In this document: positions 57,534-64,000 of the stretch, piece by piece
How the letters are laid out: each line of letters opens with the position of its first letter
How positions within the stretch are numbered: position 1 is the stretch's first letter
Source of the DNA: Candidatus Atabeyarchaeum deiterrae
Lineage (GTDB): Archaea > Asgardarchaeota > Atabeyarchaeia > Atabeyarchaeales > Atabeyarchaeaceae
NCBI GenBank assembly: GCA_037310415.1
Contig: CP147780.1
Span: 1,024,001-1,088,000, forward strand
Direction: 5' to 3'
Length of the DNA: 64,000 nucleotides
Notes under the pieces: generated by a model
What the model was told of the DNA's origin: nothing
Database searches by the model: none
The model's input: only the letters and a program-made list of their open reading frames with translations
Program-made: the position numbers and the translations under genes

Positions 57534-57652
57534 TATGCCTTCGCCCTAAAAGAACAAGTGGCGTATGTTCGGATAACGTTCCACGTGCGCCTACTTTGTT
57601 CTTTTCCCCCTCGCCTCTCGGCTCGGGGTCGGGCTCAGGCAGGGCGCCTCGC
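57522..57652. other. Branched inverted-repeat element (structured RNA or ssDNA site)
   Basis: Nested stems GGCGCCCT/AGGGCGCC, GCCT/AGGC, GCCC/GGGC, AAAAGAACAA/TTGTTCTTTT, CCCC-TC-GCC-TCTC-GGC-TC-GGGG. Confidence 0.7.
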
Positions 57653-57662
57653 AGTGTACGGT

Positions 57663-57696
57663 CAAATCACCTCTCTCTTTCGTTCGAGGTGATTTG
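57663..57696 (+). promoter_or_regulatory. RBS-sequestering hairpin
   Basis: Perfect 11-bp stem CAAATCACCTC/GAGGTGATTTG that contains the GAGGTGA RBS of TTG 57698. Confidence 0.7.
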
Positions 57697-57697
57697 C

Positions 57698-58828
57698 TTG
57701 TACAATAATGATGATTGTTCTCGTGGCTGTGGTTCCTTTGGGCGTCGAAGGTATTCGTTGAGGGTTGATGCTCTTTCCGCTGAGGAGTGGGCTTATCTTC
57801 GTGGCTTGTACCTCGCTGATGGGACTAAGCGTGTTACCTTCTGTCTTGGTGGAGATGAGGTGGAGTTGTCGCTGAAGCTTGTTGATATGCTAAACCGCGC
57901 TGGGTTGAAGCCGATTGTGAAGAAGGATCCAGATGAAGAAATGTTGCTTGTGTCCGCGTGGTCGTTGAGTCTCCTTGAGTTTCTGGGGCGCAAAGGCACT
58001 CTGCTGCATGATGTTGAGGCGCGGAGGAGGTTCTTCGAGGAGAACAGGCTGATGAGTGTTGGGCTGGGTGTTCCCTTCATTGCGGGTCTGATAGACGGTG
58101 ACGGCTTCTGTCAGGTGAGTGTTGTTGATGAGCTTGGTCCCTTCGGCAAGGTGAACAGGTGGAGGTGGGGGTTTGCTCAGAAGAAGTTGCCGTTTCTCCT
58201 CGACTACTTCAGGGAGTTCGTTGAGTCTCTCGCACTCAAGAGCGTAAGGATTCGTGTAATGAGGAATGGCGTAGTTGTTGCAGAGATTTGTCAGGCTGGC
58301 ATCAAGGCTCTACTCAAGGCTGGCATAGCCTCCCACTCAGTGAAGGCGAACCAGTGGGTGAAGAGGGTGGAGGAGCTTGACAAAACGAGTAGGCGAGTGA
58401 GCTATTTGACTTCTAATGAGGTTGCCGAGAAGCTGAGAGTAAGTAAGCCAACCGTGTGGCGCTGGCTCAAAACTGGAAAGATGCGATGTGCCCAGTGGAC
58501 TGCGAGGAGGCTGAAGAACGGCAAGGAGACCTATCTGTCGCATCGTTACATCCATGCGGAGGAAGTTGAGCGCGTGAGGTATGAACTTGAAGAGGAAAGA
58601 GCGCTATTGAAACAAGTCAGGGAAGATGGATACGTCAAGTTCAATGATGTGGCTAGAGTTTTGAACGTTCCGAAAACCACTCTGCGACGGTGGTTTCGGA
58701 GCGGAAGAGTGCAAGTTACATTAGTCCGAGGGCGCAATAGAGACCGCGGGTACTGGATGCCGAGGAAGGACGTTGAGCGCCTCAAGCGCCGGGTCCGCAA
58801 GTCTGAAGACTTTTTGAAACGTCGCTGA
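57698..58828 (+). CDS. Double-motif LAGLIDADG endonuclease fused to two excisionase/MerR-like HTH domains
   Basis: YLRGLYLADG and FIAGLIDGDG; YLTSNEVAEKLRVSKPTVWRWLKTG and FNDVARVLNVPKTTLRRWFRSG. The start is moved from 57515 to TTG 57698 after the RBS. Confidence 0.85.
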   Translation: MYNNDDCSRGCGSFGRRRYSLRVDALSAEEWAYLRGLYLADGTKRVTFCLGGDEVELSLKLVDMLNRAGLKPIVKKDPDEEMLLVSAWSLSLLEFLGRKGTLLHDVEARRRFFEENRLMSVGLGVPFIAGLIDGDGFCQVSVVDELGPFGKVNRWRWGFAQKKLPFLLDYFREFVESLALKSVRIRVMRNGVVVAEICQAGIKALLKAGIASHSVKANQWVKRVEELDKTSRRVSYLTSNEVAEKLRVSKPTVWRWLKTGKMRCAQWTARRLKNGKETYLSHRYIHAEEVERVRYELEEERALLKQVREDGYVKFNDVARVLNVPKTTLRRWFRSGRVQVTLVRGRNRDRGYWMPRKDVERLKRRVRKSEDFLKRR

Positions 58829-59234
58829 GAATGTTGCACGGCAGATGCAACATGCTGCTAGTCGCTATCAACGCGTCTGGCTTGATGGGGTTTGTGGCTC
58901 CTATCTCCAGAAGTGTCCTTATACACCAGAATCATTGGATTTGTGAGCTTCTCGCACATTTTGACCAATACCAGAACTTGTTTTGTGAAAGACCAAGACT
59001 ACACAGAGAAGCTGAACAAGTTACGATGCTGGTTCAGAAAGTGCTCCAGAGTTTTGCGTAATGAAGTATTCTGGTCAATATGATACGAACTAGTTGCATA
59101 TTGCGAGTTTTCTGATTGGATTATGATTGGGATCATTTATAGATATGCAGGTTTATAGAGGATTGATTAGTCATTTCCTAGATGCTTGGCAATAGCGCAT
59201 TTAACATATCATCTGGTGATGGTACTACTGAACT

Positions 59235-60590
59235 TTGAATAGTGGTGGTGTGCAGATCGGAATGGGAGATTCTTCTCTAGCTTCCCAAAGTGGCCCTTGT
59301 ATGGAATTGATAGTGATCTCGCCAGAGCCTGCAATGTTTGAAAGGACAATCATGGTTGACACAAACTATTTGATGCAGGTCAATCAGGAAGACATTATGG
59401 AGATGTTGTTCAACCCTTGCTACGAGGACAAGTTTACTGAAGCTAGCAAACTGATAAAGAAGCAAATGATAAAACTGCTTCGAGACGTTGTCAACCGCAA
59501 ACTTGACTTATGTTTTACAAACCACATTGCAAGGGAATTTGTGTGTCGGCAATGCATGAAAAAAGGTCTAATCAAGATCTACATGAAGTACATTACGGTT
59601 TTGACCCCGAGAGAGGCATTTGAATCTGAGTTCTTGAACGTCTCTGCAGCCATCAATTCTCAAATCCCAGACCCTTTGGGAAAGGGTGAGATTAACGACA
59701 CGTATTCTTATATTCTGGCAGCATTGGCAGGATCGAAGTATTTTGTGACTGAGGACAAGCACGTTACGTCAATCTACAAGTATCTGGCTGGTATCAGAGA
59801 AGGAGATTCAAACCTCAAAGCCAAAGAAATCAAAAACGTGAACGAGACGTACAAGATACTCAATTCACAAGAAACTGCATTCCCGATCGATGATGTTCTC
59901 AAGGCGCTTTTTGGAGATCTTGGGTCATTGCCTGTTCCAATCAAGATTGGGAGCCTGGGGGATAGCTTGCCAAACGTATTGGATAAGGAGGATGTTTTAG
60001 TACGAATTCTCCGGTTTCTGCAAGAGATTGGTCACCTAAGGGCAAGTTCCGCGAAGGTCCCAGATGGTTGGGACGAATCGCTTGTAGAAAAGTCAAGACT
60101 GCGGATTTCGGCCGTGGCTAAATCAGTAGGCATATCAGATTTCGAAAAAGTAGATCCTAGTCGTTTTGGTGCGAAACTTAGGGAGAGAATTGCAGACTGG
60201 ACAGGAGAACCTTCGGATCAGCAATTGGCAGAGGATCTCGGCGGCAAGGTTAGTGATCTGCGGGCCATCATGTACAAGGAGGAGGTGGGATACATGGATT
60301 GGGAGGATCAGTTCTCTGCCGAGGAACCTGTGAAGGAGTTCAAGGTTGAATGCGGGAACTGTCGGAGCCATGTCGAGTTGGAGGCTTATTATGACGGCGT
60401 CGTAGAAGTTGATGATAGGGAGATGGGTACAGAGAACCTTCATGAGTGGTCTGGTGAAATTGAATGTCCATCGTGTGGGAATCTGTTGGAGGTTGTCTAT
60501 AGAGTTTGGGAATATCCTGTGATGTGTTTCAACACTGATGAGACAGAGTGCGAAGGCTGCAAATTGCTACCTGAGAAGAAATCAAGCTAG
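59235..60590 (+). CDS. PIN-like nuclease domain protein with C-terminal zinc ribbon
   Basis: IMVDTNYL, IAREF, INDTYSY, YFVTEDKH; C-terminal CGNC...DREMGTE...CPSC...WEYP...CEGC. The start is uncertain (59235, 59262 or later). Confidence 0.7.
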   Translation: MNSGGVQIGMGDSSLASQSGPCMELIVISPEPAMFERTIMVDTNYLMQVNQEDIMEMLFNPCYEDKFTEASKLIKKQMIKLLRDVVNRKLDLCFTNHIAREFVCRQCMKKGLIKIYMKYITVLTPREAFESEFLNVSAAINSQIPDPLGKGEINDTYSYILAALAGSKYFVTEDKHVTSIYKYLAGIREGDSNLKAKEIKNVNETYKILNSQETAFPIDDVLKALFGDLGSLPVPIKIGSLGDSLPNVLDKEDVLVRILRFLQEIGHLRASSAKVPDGWDESLVEKSRLRISAVAKSVGISDFEKVDPSRFGAKLRERIADWTGEPSDQQLAEDLGGKVSDLRAIMYKEEVGYMDWEDQFSAEEPVKEFKVECGNCRSHVELEAYYDGVVEVDDREMGTENLHEWSGEIECPSCGNLLEVVYRVWEYPVMCFNTDETECEGCKLLPEKKSS

Positions 60591-62618
60591 TAATTGATGG
60601 ATAATCTTTCGAGATTCAGCGGAAAGCTTTCGCCATTCTGCAATCGCTCGGGCGAACGGCGATACGACTCTTATTCCTTTCTCAAGAAACATCAGTCTGT
60701 TAGCATCGGAAATATCTGAAAAGACGACAAGATAAGGAGCAATTGTCTTGTCTTCCCTAGACTTTTGTAAGGCATTGATCTTGTTCGCTGTCTGCTTAAT
60801 CGTTTTTTCGATTTCGCCCACATGTAGTTTTACCTTACATTCGTAGAAGTCAACCGTCTTTCCATCGATTTTCTCGGCAAGAACATCAATCTGCTCACCC
60901 TCCTCTTGCGTGTCACATCTTACCGATGCATACATGCTGCCTTTTTCCTCCACCAGCCAATCAAAGAACAGGTACTCGAAGAACTTGCCCTTAAGATTGC
61001 CTAGCGTGTCTTCGGTTCTCGCTTTGAGTTCAAGCAAGTTGAGCCTTCGCAATTGATCCATCTCAGCTATTCTGTCAGGAATGTTTATCTCAGTCTCTTC
61101 GTAGACTACCGTTTCAAAGACAGATGACACGCTTCGTTTTCCCAGATACTCCCTAAAGATCTCGTTGTCCACCTCTATCTCCCTGACTTCTATCAGATTC
61201 CGCTTTTCATAGCTATTCAGCAGGCTCTTAGCTTTCCTATATGATGTGATGCCAAATCCTGAATAGTCACAGGCACAGTCGAAAAATACCAGCCAACCTG
61301 AATAGTCGGAGATGCCAAGGCTACTAACAGCCTCAATCAGAATGCAATAGCTGTAATCGTATTCCTTCCTCCCCTTTTCACCTACTGGGTGCTTAAATAC
61401 TCTTATCTGAACTTTCTCAATCATATGCTCCAGCTTACGCTGTTCTACAACTCCCATCACCAAAGGGACAAATGCTGGAACACCATTGAAGACCGTGAGT
61501 TCTTGGGCATCCAAAACATTGACTTCGTACCAAAGCAAATAGTAGTTTAACTGCTTCATCACTGAAGCCTTATCTGTCTTATGCATGTAGTCAGGGTCTG
61601 TCAATCCTTTTGGTTTCAGCAGTTCACCGAATTCTTTCTTGTCAAAGCTTTCTGAGAGGACCAATATATTGTCATCAGCTCCGCGAACTGCTAGCTGATT
61701 CTCGAGGGGCAGAGATATCTCATTGTTTATCCTGTCAAAGTATCCGTCAAAAACATACCAACTTTTTCGCTCCGGGTGTCTTTCTTCACGGCGTTGAACA
61801 CTCTTCTTCCCGCTACTCGTAAGAGAGGGATCCAGCTTATGCAAATCCACGAGACAACTTTTTCCATATTGCTCTTTCCCGACTAGTCTATACCAGAGAT
61901 ATTGGAGAGCGTAGACATAGCCTGCATAGGCGCTCTTCAAAAACTGTTCTTCAGTAACGGGGTTCAGAACTGTCGCAGCGAGCTGACCTTTGGGAAAGCC
62001 ACGTTTAGTGTCATTTAGGTCTATTAGCGTATAGGCGATCGTTGAGACTTTGAGCGCTTGACTTTCAGTGACGTTCTCAACGGCAGAAATAACATGAGGC
62101 ATAACAACCTGACTTATCGAATCAAGAAAAGCAAGTAAATGCTTCGTTGAGGTTTCGAACTGTTGCCACTCCTCTGATTCCCTAATCCCTCTCGCGGCTT
62201 TCCAGATTCTCTTTATGAAGATTGTCTTTTCACAGGTGTTAGGTATATCATTTAGTGGGATACCAGTGAACCTTGCTCTGAAGAACGTATAGTCCTCAGT
62301 CAGATCCAAACCGGTTCCCATAGTGACTGAACGAATTAGGCACCTTACGCAAGTATCAACCAGAAACCTATAGCCAGCGAGCAGCTCATGCTCATCCTCA
62401 ATTCCATGGTATTCTTTCAACCAGCCTCTGAATGCTTGGGTTCCTAACGCGATCCTCAGGACACTCAACCACGCTAGAAACTCTCCAATCGCATTTGTGA
62501 ACACGGTCGCGTCGCTATTATCTTTTTTCAAAATGCAGTCCCCAATATCAAGATGACTGGGCGATTTTCCTAAATATATGTTGCATATGTCTGATTGGGG
62601 ACGCCTGAACGAAGTCAC
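60582..62618 (-). CDS. Hypothetical protein with C-terminal PD-(D/E)xK restriction-endonuclease-like domain
   Basis: KGKFFEYLF, QIDVLAE, FYECK in the last ~135 aa; the N-terminal ~540 aa is unrecognised. Confidence 0.7.
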   Translation of the reverse strand: MTSFRRPQSDICNIYLGKSPSHLDIGDCILKKDNSDATVFTNAIGEFLAWLSVLRIALGTQAFRGWLKEYHGIEDEHELLAGYRFLVDTCVRCLIRSVTMGTGLDLTEDYTFFRARFTGIPLNDIPNTCEKTIFIKRIWKAARGIRESEEWQQFETSTKHLLAFLDSISQVVMPHVISAVENVTESQALKVSTIAYTLIDLNDTKRGFPKGQLAATVLNPVTEEQFLKSAYAGYVYALQYLWYRLVGKEQYGKSCLVDLHKLDPSLTSSGKKSVQRREERHPERKSWYVFDGYFDRINNEISLPLENQLAVRGADDNILVLSESFDKKEFGELLKPKGLTDPDYMHKTDKASVMKQLNYYLLWYEVNVLDAQELTVFNGVPAFVPLVMGVVEQRKLEHMIEKVQIRVFKHPVGEKGRKEYDYSYCILIEAVSSLGISDYSGWLVFFDCACDYSGFGITSYRKAKSLLNSYEKRNLIEVREIEVDNEIFREYLGKRSVSSVFETVVYEETEINIPDRIAEMDQLRRLNLLELKARTEDTLGNLKGKFFEYLFFDWLVEEKGSMYASVRCDTQEEGEQIDVLAEKIDGKTVDFYECKVKLHVGEIEKTIKQTANKINALQKSREDKTIAPYLVVFSDISDANRLMFLEKGIRVVSPFARAIAEWRKLSAESRKIIHQLLA

Positions 62619-63088
62619 CTTTTAAGTGTCCAGTTCTGTGCAAGAAGTCGTCAACACATTTGCGGCGAAAGCCCAAGGGGGAGTGTTTCCAGTTGATGAG
62701 TGCCAAGCAAGTTGTTGCCTTGTGCCATCTCTTGTATGAAGCGTTATGCTGGCGTGTCAGTGGTAGCAGTATGTAGTCCATGTGGACAGGCAAGTGGCGC
62801 TACACTCTCACAACCAAAGTTAAGCGCCTCAGACGCAAGCTGTGTAGGTCTGTCGACTGCCATGAATGCTGTGGAGATGTTCGGTGGTGCATCCAACACA
62901 TGACTTATTTCTTGGCGCGCTGCATGTGCGTTGTGACCATCAAGGAAAATAGAGCGAATAGTTGTGGGAGTCGACGAACGATCGACAAGCCGAGGTAGCT
63001 TCGATAGAGGATCCTCAGAAGGCGGTGTTGTCTAGCCACTTGTGGCATCGCAATATTCTTATTAGCTGCTCCTGCGACATATTTGTTC

Positions 63089-63844
63089 ATGAATGTTGAG
63101 ACCCTTAAACGGAGAATCACCTCGCTAATTAAAGAATTCCAGAAGGTGGAATCAGCGGTCCGCGCCTGGGAAAAGCGAGGCAGTTTGGCTAAGTCATTAG
63201 CCAGGGTTCTTTACTATATTGGCGAACCGTACAAACCTGAGCCAAGAGTTCGCACCAGTCCCACGCTTTATGCCAAACTCAAGGACATTATTGATAACTC
63301 GTTGAAGTTGCTGCCAGACAACAAACAGTATTTGCTTACTTCATGGAACCAGTGGCGGCGCAGTGTTGGAGAGGATGATGTCGATTCGTTGGACTCTACT
63401 CAACTTGGAGACGGAATAAAAATTCTCGACGATATTTCGGAGTTCGAAAAGAAGTCTGAAGAGAAGAAGGCTCCGCCTTCACCGAGCAGAGTCATACGCG
63501 AATGTGGAGGACTCATCGATCCGCAACTTTACGAGCTTTGTGCAGGGAAGGATTACCACGATGTGGTGACGAACGCCTTCACAGTCTTGGAGGACAGGAT
63601 ACGCAGCAAAGCGGGGCTTGACCCAAGCCACACTGGAACCAAGTTGATGGACGAGGTATTCAATCCTTCAACTGGACTACTTGTTTCTGGATCGACTCAC
63701 AATGAACGTGAATTTTTTTACTTGATTTTCCGCGGGGCTCACGGGTTTCTTCGCAATCCACCATCTCATCGCATCACAGGCGGCGAATCTGAGATTGAGC
63801 CAGTCGAAGTGATGTGTTTGGTGGATTACCCCTCAAAATCCTGA
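63089..63844 (+). CDS. TIGR02391 (Ymh-like, HEPN) domain protein
   Basis: AFTVLEDRIR, GTKLMDEVF, FRGAHGFLRNPPSH (RNxxxH). Confidence 0.82.
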   Translation: MNVETLKRRITSLIKEFQKVESAVRAWEKRGSLAKSLARVLYYIGEPYKPEPRVRTSPTLYAKLKDIIDNSLKLLPDNKQYLLTSWNQWRRSVGEDDVDSLDSTQLGDGIKILDDISEFEKKSEEKKAPPSPSRVIRECGGLIDPQLYELCAGKDYHDVVTNAFTVLEDRIRSKAGLDPSHTGTKLMDEVFNPSTGLLVSGSTHNEREFFYLIFRGAHGFLRNPPSHRITGGESEIEPVEVMCLVDYPSKS

Positions 63845-63976
63845 TGAGAGCATCAATTCGGAAATAATGAGTTTCTCGATGTCGCGTAATTCAGCAAGGC
63901 AGGTGGCAGTTTTGGAGGAGAAGGGAGCCTCGATTGCATCATGGAATTGAAAGGTTCGCTAGAGGAGTGTTAAAAG

Positions 63977-64000
63977 ATGGGGAGAACGTACTCGAATATA
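63977..64000 (+). CDS. Possible start of the next gene (MGRTYSNI...), partial
   Basis: ATG preceded by GAGGAG; only 8 codons are visible. Confidence 0.3.

Larger units (their letters stand above)
55987..64000. mobile_element. Putative integrated element / defence island (right end outside the window)
   Basis: It begins at a gene truncation, has low coding density and a T/G-skewed spacer, and carries an endonuclease-HTH gene and PIN/REase/HEPN cargo. No integrase or transposase is seen in the window. Confidence 0.55.

Noticed and set aside
57515-57697. N-terminal 61 codons of the 437-aa ORF
   Set aside because: They run through the inverted-repeat element and give an implausible sequence; a strong RBS marks TTG 57698.
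62620-63080. Overlapping Cys-rich short ORFs
   Set aside because: No consistent RBS or recognisable motif; likely non-coding or decayed.

Overview
Archaeal chromosomal window, most likely from an Asgard archaeon. The evidence is two longin-domain proteins, an alpha-SNAP-like TPR protein, a eukaryote-type STT3, an AN1 zinc-finger fusion, a presenilin-type protease and a PPP phosphatase. A core segment (about 3.4-55.9 kb) carries housekeeping genes: Lhr, NreA, ino1, AglB, SerS, a PriS-like primase, TldD/E, a KaiC-like ATPase, acyl-CoA ligases and a thiolase/DUF35/HMGS-like operon. Two accessory segments flank it. The left one (1-3.3 kb) encodes a large free-standing HTH-LAGLIDADG protein and an overlapping small ORF. 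The right one (from about 55.99 kb) begins by truncating an acetate-CoA ligase gene. It then carries a secreted protein flanked by 17-bp direct repeats, a branched hairpin element with tandem GA loops, an RBS-occluded LAGLIDADG-2xHTH gene, and PIN, restriction-endonuclease-like and HEPN defence-type genes. The best candidates for new biology are: (i) a 2352-aa Lhr helicase with four tandem AlkZ/YcaQ-like modules; (ii) the structured element plus LAGLIDADG-HTH gene in the right island; (iii) multi-TM sensor and longin gene pairs, one NPRL2-like; (iv) a PhlABC-like acyltransferase operon with a catalytically dead HMGS-fold subunit. No tRNA, rRNA or CRISPR array was recognised. All family calls come from reading motifs by eye; no database searches were run.
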